Positions 12,383 through 26,100 of a DNA stretch of 64,000 bases are shown piece by piece; position 1 is the stretch's first letter, and each line of letters begins with the position of its first letter. The notes under the pieces are model-generated. The model saw only the letters and a program-made list of their open reading frames with translations, was not told the origin of the DNA and searched no databases. The stretch comes from Oculina patagonica (Eukaryota): assembly GCF_052425735.1 (NCBI RefSeq), contig NC_135759.1, forward strand, positions 23,870,001 to 23,934,000, read 5' to 3'. A program made the translations under genes and the position numbers.

Positions 12383-15300
12383 GAAAAGGCTAACAATAAG
12401 ATGATAACGAATCGGAAGGGCAAACTGTCAGTTAACTGGGTTGTTTTAAAGGTAAAATAATGAATAAGTGGATAAGTAACAGCTTCTGCTTTTCTTTTGC
12501 TTTCTTTATTCTCCTCTACCTGTCTTCCCTCGAGTTGTAACAGGAAACACGCCAAGCTTTTCTTATTATTCACACATAAATGCAATACAAAATAAATGGT
12601 ACGCAATGCATGCAGAAGCGATGACGTTTCACAAGGGGTCTTACATAATTTTGAGGAAATTTGTCAAAAACGTATCGTAAATAAAAGTAGCTGACACCTT
12701 GTGCGTGAAAAAGACTGTTATCCAACTGCAGCTTACATTTTCCAAACATAAGAAGCAATCTAAGTGATTGTATAAATAGCATAGCATAGTTAGGATCTGA
12801 TTAAATTTAAATTAATACAGTACTTATAAATTCACAGGCAAAAGATGCAATTAATACATTTTCTTTGTAGATTTGCTCAATTGAACAACAGTTATATTTT
12901 ATTTTATATTCTAAATTTTTTTTAGATTTCCCTATGTTGTCTCAACAGAGATTGCGTTATATTATAGTGTGACATCTGATGAACGACATACGATACGCGC
13001 TAGCAAGCTTTTAAAGAAAGGTTAAACGGTCTCTTGCTCACAGCGGCCCTTTATATTATAAGAATTAGAAATTTCTGTCTACTAAAGCTAATAGATCCTA
13101 TCATTTATAATTTATCTCCTTCGTTTATACATTGTAGTGTTCCATTCTAACTGCACGGGAGTATTTTGATTTTGTGTTCTACGCGGCGATTTCTTGTTAA
13201 GTTAAACTTGATTTTGTTCGATCGCGACAGACTAAAAGAGCCCGTCGTGCCATGGCAATAAGCGATTACGTCATCGCTTAAAAATGTACGTAGCAGTAAG
13301 TGAAAAAAGGTAAAGCAATAATGTAAGAAGGAAAGAAAGAAAGCCCAGAAAACTGATCTTTGAAGCCACATGGGGGCAGGTCATTAACAACGCGTTCAAT
13401 TTTCACCCGGCTTCACACGTGCACTGTACCGTTTCGGAAAGAGTATGGGCTCGAAACCCGTTGAAGCCTCGAAGCGGATCGATGTTTCGAAATCCAGTAA
13501 ACGCTTTTCGGGAATAAAGATTAATTAATACTTTTTCCTTCTTATTTAAATTTTTTCTCAAACTAGTTTAAAGGTCTTAAATGTTGTGGGTGACTTTAAT
13601 CTAATACAACTGTTATAACATTACAAATAAATGTACTTGTGTCCTTTATTTGTAATGCTAGCACATCGTGAAAGTAATAAATCCTGATGACACAGACATA
13701 ATTTGACCTTTTATTTTGTTCAAGACAAAACAAATACAAAAATTCAATAATTTTGTCCGGTTTGGTCAAGCCAAACAACCTTGATAAGGAGGAAGAATAT
13801 TATGTATGCAAGCCAAGTCAAACAACTATAAATAATTAACTACTGACGAAAAAGCCTTTCTTCTTTAGGAGCTTCAGGATGAAAAAATATCTTGAAATTC
13901 AGAAATGTTTTCAGGCAGCAAGTAAAATTTCAAAATCTACACGAGTGATTCATACATCGATCCTTCAAGTGTCAAAAACCTCTTTACGTACATTCACCTA
14001 CAAAACCAATCTTCTCCAATTTTAAACACGCGCAGTAAGTCCAAGTCGAACTTTGATTCTTACACGTGACTTCCCTGCTTGCAGAGGCTTCTTTTTCTTG
14101 CAAAAATGTGTATCCTGCAAAAAGAAAAAGAGGGATATGATCAGACGCTAATTCACAAAAAAATAAAGGCCTTACCTTGGATTATATTTTGCCTAAAATG
14201 GTCATCATCTTAACCCATACTTACAGTGCAAGAAACGCATTTTTTTTTCTGTTTTCTTTTTTCTCTCGGAACACATCCTTATACTCTTGAAAGGAAGTCT
14301 AATTAATCGCATATTAGTCTTTGGGCTTCCTCGCCCTACTGCTGTTTTCTGCTATTAGTATCTTGATCATCCAAATAAAAAAATCTTGAGTTTGATTGGT
14401 TCTTTGGAACACGCGTCTTATTTTATTTTTGGGCAAAAGCAGCGTGTCGTAGGTGTCCAATTACAACTGCTATTAAGTCCAATAGACTCATTTATTATTC
14501 GATTTTATTTTTTTTTTTATTTTAAAATAAACGCTCAAAGAAGACTTGAATTTCCAATTCCTTTATGAGGGTCTAGCTGGGGTACTGGAATCTCAGTTCA
14601 CAGTTTTAAAATTTTCGTCGATTTCTTATAATAAGTTAACAGTTCAAATTTCAGCCCACTTCTCTGCTATCCACAGTAAACTCTGCCAATCTAAGATCTC
14701 AGCTATTAGTTAAAAAAACGCATTTCTCAGCTAAAAGTGATAATATTTACCAATTCTCGGCTAGCAGTGAAACCCCAAACAGAGCCTCCTATTCTACTGA
14801 TTCCGCTATTAATTGACCATAAGACTTAGTGTCGTACAATTTAAAAGTATAATCGTTGGTGTAATTTTTGATCGATAATCACATAAATATTTACTACTTG
14901 TTTTGATTGTACGTAATTTAAAATTTTCAACTTAGACTTGCACTTCTCCAGACACAGGCATAAAGTCATCCGGAAGCATAACTTAATATACATAACAAAA
15001 CATTTATTCAAGATGCCACAAAACAAGACAAAATACATATTAGACACGTGAAAATACGTCTTAATTAAAAAGTAAAACACAAGGATAACCCTATAACGTT
15101 TACTTAAAAATTATTAAAAATACTTATCCCTGCAGGCGCTTTTCTCGCCTTGGGTATCGCCACAGGGAAGTCTGCGCCGAAATCTAGCTAAAATTACTAT
15201 CTTAAATTGTTTCTTTTTGAAAAGTTTTAAAAAGATGGGACCAAACAGAGACACTACAACCAATTAGGAACGCTGCATGAGTTTCCGCAATAATAGGGAA

Positions 15301-15877
15301 AGTTTTGGCTTGAATTTCAATCCCAGACTTCATTTGTCGTGAATACTGGTTCCACAAATTATTTTAATATGCCGCCACATTTACTAATAAAAAACAATTC
15401 GACTTGAAGGTTGAGTTTACGTTTTTCTATTCGCTTAGCCGAGTTGACTATTACTCAAAAACCGGGGAAAGTCATCTAATTGTTATACATTGAAGGATTG
15501 CAGCCCAAAACCTACTATTTTGTGTATTTTTTGGCCAGAAATCAGGAACAACACGCGCGCGATAATTTTCTATCAGCGAAACTAGCATATTAGCCCTCGA
15601 AAGACCCCATTGTTTAACTAGAAAACAGTGGGAGAACCAATCAGATTCACAGATTTCTAATAGAATACGGTCGAGTGTCAACTAATATAACCAATGCGGT
15701 GCGTAATTCCCTCCGATGAAAAAGCTACGAACTCTAAAAGTCCCTAAAATAGCAAGGACACATGGATATAGTGCAATCATGAAGAAGCGGAATATATGTT
15801 GGCAATTACATTGTGTGATAAATGCTTTTGAAGCTTGTTTTTAAGCAAAATAAGTATGAATTAATTATAAGCAAAAA

Positions 15878-16051
15878 CAGTGGAACTCCAATTTAACGAA
15901 GTTTCCGGTGTAACGAACGGTTTTCTTCAGCCCGACCAAAGTTACTAACAGTAAAATGAATACAAACAGAAACCCGGTATAACGAGCTACCCGTTATGGC
16001 GAGCACATTTACCCAGTGCCTTTGGAACTTCGTTATGTCGGGGTTTGATTG
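15878..16051. mobile_element. Degenerate Tc1/mariner-pogo type MITE
   Basis: CAGTGGAACTCCAATTTAACGAAG ... CTTCGTTATGTCGGGGTTTGATTG imperfect TIRs with internal TAACGA repeats. Confidence 0.5.
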
Positions 16052-17198
16052 TTTAATGTGAATGCATTAGTCGAAAAAAAGGAACTTGACATCGCATTTT
16101 GCTAGACAGGGAACGATGGTGATCACGTCTAAAATCAGACTTTTCTCGACCAGGGGCTTTGCTTTGTGAACTTCCCACTGACAACTGACTGAGAATTATA
16201 CAAATTAAGCTTAACGTTCCATACTAATGTTGCGTCAATTTAAAGTTCCGTGTAGCGATTTTATTTTAATTTAAGCTACCACCAATCATCATTCTTGGGA
16301 TCCCGAATCAAACAGGAAAATAAATTTTAACTCAAACCTCTCCATTTGTCACTTTTGTCATTTTCAATCTTTCTTTCTGTTCTGTTACATTTGCAATAAA
16401 TTATAACAATGGGGTCATAATTTCCCTACCATAGAAAAAAAGCTGTGAACTCTAAATTTGTTTTGGTTTTACTTCCTCCGTTAGAAAGTGCAATCAATTG
16501 TTGGCAATTTATCTGTGATTAGAACTATTCAAACTTACCTTTAGGCAAAACCAGTTGGAGATTAATTATAAACAAATATATTGTCAATGCTCTAATTAAA
16601 ATACTGCTAAAACACAGCTCTTGAAAGTTATTTTAAATTATTTTCTCGTTATGTTTCGTTTGCTTTCCTTTTTCACGGTACTAGATTTAATGAAATAACT
16701 TTAAGGTAGACAAGCCTTAAAATATCTGTTTGGTTGATAATATAAAAATATGTTTATAAAAGTGTTCACGGTGGCTATCAGTTTTTAATATTCTTAACAG
16801 CAATCAGGGCAGTTAGAAGAGGCCTATCAGAGTTATAATAACAAGCATTTACTGTTTTTTATTTTGTCTCCAAATTCAAATTGAAAGGTTTTGATCGTTT
16901 ATGCATGCGGCCATGAATTTTCGTCAGATTGCGTTTGGCAGATGGCCACAGATAATATGTTGATTTTCTTAATCGCACCTGATTGAAAATCTCTGGCCGA
17001 ACCATCAAAAGTACCCCACTGTTTCGGTTTCGGAAAGCAACTAGCGATAATAGATGTTTGTATTTGATTCTTACGTATATTCCGTAAACTCCAGTAGGAT
17101 GATATGACGACTACAGAAATCACTTTTGGAACACTTTTGGAACTTGAAATCGCCTCGGTTTTAAAATTTTGGGGAAAATTTTTCCAGTCTTGGATACA

Positions 17199-20100
17199 AT
17201 GAGATCACTGTGGACGCTACAAATATTTTGCTTCGTTTTCGTTCCTTGCTATGAAGGCAAACAGAAAGAAGGTAAGACCTAAATATTTACATGTAGCTGT
17301 AAAGTCTGAATTTACAGTTAACTGTCTCAACTATTTCAGTCTGCGGCGGCGACGGCGGAGACAGCTTGCAAATTAGTCATATTTCAACCGCGCAAAGCGC
17401 GCAAAGCGCGCAAAGCTAACCGCGCCATTTATAATAGTGCTTTAAAATGTACCTAGTGTGCTAAAGAGCGATGTCGGTACGTATATGCACAAATCGACGA
17501 TGTTTTACGAATAGCATTTACAGTATAAGAAAATAAGCCCGGCTAAAAGAGGAGTAACAACACTGATAAACACTGTCTCGGGAGGGCACCGGCAACCCAA
17601 GCTCCGTAAGCTGGAAACTGCGTAACACTGATATTAATAGTCCCTCGAAATTTCGTAGTGTTCGCAAAATTAGGCTGGTGCTCAGAATGCTCGCAAAATT
17701 TTGGTGTATGCTCGTTTTTTCGTGCTCGCATATTTTTACAAGTGCTCGCATCATGCTCGCATGCTCGGTGTTTTGTGGAGGCAGCTTTTTGAAAAGTGCT
17801 CGTTGCTCGCAAGGCTAACATTTGTCAATGCTCGTGCTCGCAAAGAAAAACGCTGTGCTCCCATGCTCGCGGTAACCGGTTGTTTCGCCTACGAGTTGTT
17901 TCGCTAACGAAACAACCGCAATTCATGCTCGCTATGACCATTCGATAAACCAAGAATAGATGGAAATTGTGCTAAATAAAAAGATTGCATCACCATTACC
18001 AATGTAAAATGTTCTTGATAAACAGGTAAATGGGCTTGAAGGCACGTACTGCGAGTAGCCAGTAAGAAATACTCAAAAGATTAATGGGGCCATTTTCGTG
18101 TTTGGACAAGCCACGCACTAAATAGCCTCAAGTACAAACAAAAGAAACATATCAATGACATTTGCGTGCAGCGTTGGTTGTATCATGCTCAGTGGCAGAA
18201 ATTCACTAAAATATAGAAAGTGTTTTTGTTTTTCTTACATGTTTTGCGGCTAAAATTATAAAGTTTCTGCAGATAGCTGCCTGCGTCGCTTATACGGGCA
18301 GTACAAACTGAATAAAAAAATTTATAATTAAAACACTTTAAACATGACTCACGCCAGTCTTCTCAGTACGTGTATTAAACATGTTTGAGTCTATACCTAC
18401 CTCGAAATTGATGAGTAAACAACATTTTTTCCAGCAGGTATCCTATGTTACAGCTTGTTACTATCTTTGGTTTACTTTGCTGTAATTCAGAACTCTATTT
18501 TTAAGAAAATAATTTTAGTCGGTTTTTCCTGAGACGTTCATTTTTCGGTTCACCGAATTCGAGGACCGTGAAATTTTCTAAGTATTGCATAAATTGCACT
18601 AAAGAAAAGTCTGTTAATTTTTTTTTTTTTTTTGCATTGCATGGTTATCTTTAAAAGAACGTGGTGTTAAATAAAGATAAAAATCTTTCCATGCATGCAA
18701 TAAGTCACCCTAGACGTCTGCTTAAATTATTAAAATTATAGGGCAAATCAGCCGCTACATAAGAAGCAGGCTTGCACACAACAGTCATTAATCGTGCCGA
18801 GTACAGTAGGCATATTAAACGTTCAAACTCAAAATCGAAGATCGCACGGATTTCTGTTATTTTACCTTGACTCTGTAAAAATTAACTTGGTAAATATTTA
18901 GTGACTTCACAGTATTTTTCTTTTATGATACTGATAACAATATTTGTTTAGAGAATTGTGACTATTCTATTGGAGGAAATTAAATCCTACTCCAATAGTT
19001 TAAGGTAACATAGTGACGAAATGCATGACTGATACCATCAGCGACACCGTCGTATATAATTGACGACTCTCTTTCATTTTTGTCGTATGCGTTTATAAAG
19101 AGCCAAGTTCGATATTGAGTCTCAGTTTTTACTTTTTCTGTCGGAGTGATTAGCGATGCATCTGACAACGGGCCAAGGGCTCGCTCACAAACACAGCACG
19201 TTCCTTTTTGTTTGTGCTCTCGCTTTAACGATGCCTTTCGAAGTAAAATGCCAAGGTAGGGATTTTCTTTTGTACTTTAGAGGATGAATGATTTTCATTC
19301 TTTTTACTCCGTATAAATAATTTAGCGGAAAACCCTTTTGTGGTGATCTTGACTTCAATGAAATCTTCTCAAAGGATTTTCCCTAACACCTTCTGTTTCA
19401 TGTCATTTGATTTGAAAAGAACAAAACCATTTTGCTAATGGTCTTTGAATAATATTCAGCTTAAGATATTTATCAACCCTCTTAATCTGAAACTGTTCAT
19501 ATTAGTTTAAGACTGTTTGCTATATGTCGCAACCAAGTTCCTGTCTTACTGAAAGAAAATGACACCAAGTAAGAGGCAATTGATTGCGCGTACGCCGCCA
19601 CACCGCTGTATTTTGATCGAAAGACCCTGAAGTTGCTGTCTAATATAATCATTTACATTAATTAAAGGAAGAAACGTCAAGTTTTGATCAAACGAAAACT
19701 TCCGCTTTCGTTTTCCGCTATTAAATTCTTTATCAAAGCCATCGGATGTCGCGCGCTCTCACTGAATTTGAACCTGCTAAAGTTTTTGTTTCTGCGATGA
19801 GCTAGCGTTCCATCCAGGGGAGAGTAGAAATACTTCAAGGCTTGAACGCAGATATAACCTTAACATAGGTTTTGTTTCCAAGTTTTCGCTCTTTTAATAA
19901 TAGACAGATGTTGTGCCCTGCCCTATCAAACCATCTCACCAAAGATGGTCTCACCCATGAGAGTAAAATATAACTCTAGTGAAACTCTAATTCATCAACC
20001 GGGTCTCATCAACTCTCGTTCTCATGATTACGTCTGGTTTTCCCTTTCAAAATAAATGTATTGTCGAACAAGTAGGTGATGAGACTGATAAAGAAAATAT

Positions 20101-23100
20101 CAACAACTGCGTGCAAATGTCTTCGGATATGCCACCAGAAGTAACATTAAAAATAATACCTGGCAATCGATGAGGTGAATAACTAATTCGAAATTGGGGA
20201 GTTAAGAAGAAAAAAAAATAATATTCAAAGTTCAGCACTCAACGATCAGGCGCGTACCTTCCTTTACGCGATTTACGCAAGTGCGTATCAGAATTTCCCA
20301 GACTTTTTTTACATTATAGAAGAAAAGCAAACGGTAAAGTCCTGTAATAAATAATATGGAAAATTTTGGTTTTCTAGTTGAGAATTAAGCTAACCTCCAG
20401 GGTTTAATCTTGACTTCACAAACTCTTTTCAGTCTCAGGAATGCAGGAAATGGCGTTTTAGAGGGTAACATAAAACAAAATTTCCAGGGGGACATGCCCC
20501 CGGACCCCCAAAGAAGCTCGCGCCTACGGCGCTCGCTGACTCGTCCCCAGTCGTCTTTTTTGAGTCCATCTTGAGTCGACTGCTGGACACGGAGGGAATA
20601 ATGGGAAGGAAGTCTCTCGCCTTTCCTCCTTCCCATCATTTTTGCGTCTTGTACTTTTCGCATAAGAGACGACTGGGGACGAGTCAGCGGCGCTGGTATC
20701 ACACCTTTGGCTTAATCTCCCACTGACTTTGTGCGTACAGCTAAACATTGCCTAGGAACGCCCCTGACGATTGTAAACTCCACTAGATGCATATGGACGG
20801 ATCGGAAAGTGGATATATACTGAGTTGTGCAACGCTTTCAAGTGGTTTACTATGGAATATCTTACGAGTCACTTGTATTTTCTCGGTATACACACGAGCC
20901 TTTAGGCGTTTGTGTATACAAAGAAAAAACAAGTGACAAGTGGGATAATCCATAGTGTACCACGAGAAAGTGTTGTGTATCTATTTTATACCATGCCATA
21001 GAAAATACGAATAAAATTCCGTCGAGAATAAAATCGCAGCGCATGATGGGAAGGTTGAGTTGAATACCGTCGAATATTCAACGGCTTTCCAGTATTCTGA
21101 TTGGCTGTATTTTCTATGGCATGGTATAAAATAGCATACCGTATTTTCTCGATTAAACGCCGGGCCCCGAATAAACGCCGGGTCTCCGAGCTATAGTTGT
21201 AAGTAAGCCTTCCAGGCATATATTTGAGGTGTAATATGCTTTAGGTATGATGGCAAATTACGTTCCTGTCACAAATAATGATTTAAAACCCTTGTTTAAT
21301 AAACATTTTACTCCAATAAACTGCACCATTCAAATGAACGCCGGATCCACGGAGCCAAGGGGCCGGGGGCGTTTAATGATTGAGAAAGTACGGTATGCAA
21401 TTTATCCATTTTATCAGTTTAAATTTTTTTTTGAAGTATGGAACCAGAAAAGTTAGAACATGTGTGCATGTCTTGATGATCGATGAAAGATTTTACGGCA
21501 GATTTTAAGGTGGCTGGTAAGGGTTTCCAGCACTTTCCATCACTTATACGTTGTTGGGTCAGCCCTACGTACTACTATTGATTAGTTGATGGGTCAGTAA
21601 CCCACTCTGATGCAACAATATGGGTATCAAACGAATGCCTATTTTCTTGACATTTTTGGTTTACATAGCAAAAGTATGATCTATTTTTTCGGTCCATTTG
21701 TATCTTTACATACTTATCACAATTCGATAGTAAAACGTAGGGTCACCAAACTTAAAAGCACTTCAAGGTAAATTAAGCGTGCTTTTTTTAGAGGTTATAC
21801 TGTTGCTTTGGTTACCTTTACCTTATTAACATAACCATAACTTTTTCATCAATGATTGGGCCTTCTTTACCATTATTTTAGAGTTAACTGATAGAGAATG
21901 GAAGTACTGACCCATCAAAGTATAGACTACGTTTTGTTACCATGCATTTTTTCGCATTTTGCTTTCTTGTTTCCTTCCTTAAAACTCTTCAATAAAGTTT
22001 TCTAATAAGTGTTACCCAGCTTTACTCCCAATTAAATTCAAGAAGAAACCGTCTTTTACGGCAACGTGCATTAGGTAGATTCTTAGCCACACAGAATAGG
22101 CATATAAATATCTAACTGCACGAGAAATTTCTAGGAAGGGATTTGCGACATCTTATATGTTGAGGCGTTATGCGTCGCCTGTTCGGGGCTTATTAAAAAA
22201 GAAAGATCAGTTTTTACGTTACTTTTCTGCTATAAAATTTCAATATTTTTTTATTTCAAGTAGTGAAAAATCTCACTCGCTTTTCTGAAAGCACCTTCAA
22301 GTTCGTATTTCGTTGTTCAACTGAAACACCGACTAATTCAATCAGTTTTCAGTCTAATAATATGATATAATTTTCAACGCCTAAATTTTCATCATTCATA
22401 CAATTACTACGTCCCGTTTTGGGCATGCGCAATATGTCTTATTTTGGTATTTGAAATTGGCATGCGTGTGTGCAAAGGATTAAGGGATTATAGAGGCTAA
22501 ATCAGTTATACTCGTAGTAATATACGTAGCTTATTCTTGGATTGCAATTTAAAAATATGGTATGGTGCTTTCGTATACTGTTTGGGAGATAATCGAAACA
22601 TAAATGTTAAGAATATTATTGTTATTTTGTGAAGTATCTCGGAGAAATAGATATAGAATAGTTAAATTAAAAGAAGCGCACTGATGGTTCTTTATGGAAA
22701 AATTTAGCTCAAATTAATAATTAAATTTACTGCTTTGAGAAAATTGGTAGTGATGCAATTGTTCTTCGAAGGTAGAAAAGTGGATAAAAAAATAAAAAAA
22801 AATAAGGCGTTCCTAAGAAGAAATTTATAATGCTTGCCTTTTTAAAGTTTAATTTTACCAAGCCATTCCGCGCAGAGTCCTCTAATTACCTTTTTGAATC
22901 TTACGGTGTTCTATCCAATTTCAATATTTAATGTTGTGAAAATTGCTGCTTCGACAGCTTAAACTGAACAATTTCACAAAGTAAAATTGAACGAATTAGT
23001 AGCAGTTCGACTGAGAATCATGAACGCATAACGGTTGCGTGCGATATCGAAGAAAACTATCGAGTCTTTCGTTTTATTTCCGTAAATAATTCATCCACGT

Positions 23101-26100
23101 TCAATTTTACTCAATGTGTTTTTTACCAGCCCTCCACTAATGCACATCGACATGCTTTTTTTCTTCAAAGAAAATGAAAAATTGGCTTTCAGCTCAAATT
23201 AGTCTCCGAAGCATTGATTGGCGGGATAAAGCCATCTACGTACAGTTTGCTAATTATGATTAACTTTACCGTCAAGGGGATTACCGCCATTACAATAAAA
23301 CGCTTGGCCAATAGACGTCCGTGTCTGTCAAAGCACCGTTTGTAAATGTTTGCTTGGCAGTTTCTGTACTTTAGAAGCCAATACAAGGCAACAATCAGAG
23401 CGGAGATCGCTTACAATTATGACAAAAATTCATTTATAGTCCGAAGAAGTTATGGAAGTAGGATCTATGCGGAGCGCAAAGGTCCATCGACTGGTGCCGA
23501 ACTTGCTTTTACTGTGGCTATGCAGCATTTCAGTGGTAAAAGGTATTCATGATGAGTTTGCTTACTTTTCTTACTAGGACGTAATAACTGCGAGATCTGA
23601 TGTTTTTACTTTTATATCGTATTCTTTTGACGTCGCCGACAACTGAAAAGCGCGCGATGACGGCTGAACGAAAATTTTTTTTTCTTTTGCGAAGATGAAT
23701 TTCATAAACTAAATATCGAAATATTTCGTTGAGGTTTCAGTGAAGAATGTAACCCTAAAATCTTGATTTGGTCGGTTGAAGGCATTCGTAAAGCAAAATT
23801 ATTGATATCTCCTGAAATTTATGGGCAATATATATAAAGAGTATAAAGAGAATCAATAAATGATGTTGAAGTTTCTTTCAAATCCTGAGTCCATAACTGA
23901 TTACAATGCTGAGGTCTATCAGTTTTATGGGCCAAAAGGACGGAAACACGATTGAAAACTTAGAAAATGCATGCGTAAACTTATTAACTGATACTGACTG
24001 GATAACGTTTCACGTGTAATCGTGTAATAAGCCCATGGATTTATTTTTAATGAAACCTAAACTGCGCAGTTCATTTACAAAACAGAGCTCTCAGCTAAAA
24101 GTATACCTAGCTCAAATGTATGAAAAAAAACTGTTGTTTTTAAAACACCCAATGTGTTTCCATGCACAAACAGTCTCTTATTCAAAAGCTGTATAATTCA
24201 CGCCGCCGCTTACTTTAGTCTCAGCGGCAACATTAAAGCTATCCAGTTAAAAAGGAAGACACATTTTTACTGCAAAAACTACTGGTGAATGATTTATTAA
24301 TATGGTACAAAAGCGAGTTTTTTAACAAAAAAAATAAGGCTCGCCTATTTTAATTTTTGTACTTTTTAAGTCACAAGACTCAAATGGATAGATGGGCTTT
24401 GTACTTTGTAGATGAAATCAATCTTCTTTTATCATTTAAATTGATCTTTTTGTCTCAATATATGGCATTGAAAGAAGGATAATAAACCATACAAATGTAA
24501 AATGGAATTATTGTGTTGAACATAAAAATGTTTTTCTGATTGTTGGGTTGCCGCTAAGTTGAAACATTCAGTACAGACTGTCGTGGAATATTATAACAGA
24601 GAAGTTAGAAACTTCATATCGAATTTTATGAGTTATTATTTATCATGCAAATATGCCAAAAACATTTAAACACAAAGTGCATGCAAATATAACTTTATTG
24701 TCCGTTGTTGTCATTTTCTCGATACGGAAAAAGAGGTTCTCATGCCACTTTCCGCGGTTCACATGCGAATTCAAACAATTGTATCGGGTGTCTTTGAGAT
24801 CAGATTTAGCAATAAAATCGTCCAAATATTTAATAATGCATCTATTTTCTCGCTCGCTTGAAAGAGAGGAACTGGAGTAAAAATCAATCCTGCATGTACG
24901 TTTTATTCTCAGGCAACAGTTTTAAAATTAATACATCCGGATGTTACACAAAAGACACGGACTCGACAATTAGTTTGACACTTTTCTATTCCCGTCATGT
25001 TTCAAAACATCAAATGTCCGGCCATCAAAATGGAGAGATTGACAATGAGTTCAAGCTAACACGTAACATAGCTAATACTTTTAATCTCTAAAAGATATTC
25101 GAAATCAAAAAATAATTTTGTGAGAGCTTGAACAAATGAAACTCAGATTTCGCATAAATGCTTTTAAATCGGCATCGATTTACTTGATTATTTTTAGCTT
25201 AGTTGTCTTAAGATCACGATTTGTTGACCTAAGCCATAAAAGCCACTTTTAAGAGACCTTTTAAGTCACACGAATTATGTCAGCCGAGAAATCAAAACAA
25301 TCTGATTACCGCTGTCAACCGTTGCGCTGGTGTATTTGTCATATTATTTGGCCTAGTTTTTGTTACTATTTGTCAAGCTAGCATTAGCACTTGAAGGCAT
25401 TTTTTTTAATGTACATCAGTATTGTTTGTAAATGTGTGCTAAGCGAAGTAAATTCGTACTCGGGGAACTGGTAGGGAAATGTATCTCCACTAGACAAAAA
25501 AAATTACTTGCGAGTACCTTATTGTTACTTATTTTCGCGGAACCTTAATTTCGCGAAAATGGAATGGGCATGTTTCGCGTGACTTAAATTTCGCGACTTG
25601 GCCAAAAAAATACGTTTTACAGGAACTAAATTTCGCGAAAATTGTCAAAAGACTGGTCTGCATTAACAAACAGTAAGTCTCACAATTGGTACAACTGATT
25701 TTAATTTTCCTCAGTGCTAGTAATAGTTTCCAATGGCACTGAACAAACCCATATAACAAAACGAAGCTTAAAGCATTTTTACATGTTTCCTTTGTAGCAA
25801 AGTAGAGCTAGTTTGACGACTGTACCAAGATAATTATGTAGTAAATTGACCGCAACGTTGATAAATTATAACGTATTATATAGAAGGGTATTAAACTTCG
25901 CGTCGTTATTTTTTGCAATAACATTTTTTCGCGGGTCTTTAATTTCGCGATTTTATGAAAATCGCAAAATTCGCTTGTGAAAGTCCCGCGAAAATAAGTA
26001 GCAATAAGGTATGACCTCACAGGGATTTCGCTTATTTGCGGCAAGTACTTCAATTTACGTACCAACATATTTTTATCGTAAGCACTTAAAGTTTTTCAAG

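Noticed and set aside
25302-25394. Signal-peptide-like stretch (GVFVILFGLVFVTICQA) upstream of the gene B TSR exon
   Set aside because: No in-frame ATG and no GT donor (CAAG|CTAGC). At best a dead leader exon; 17199-17271 fits better.
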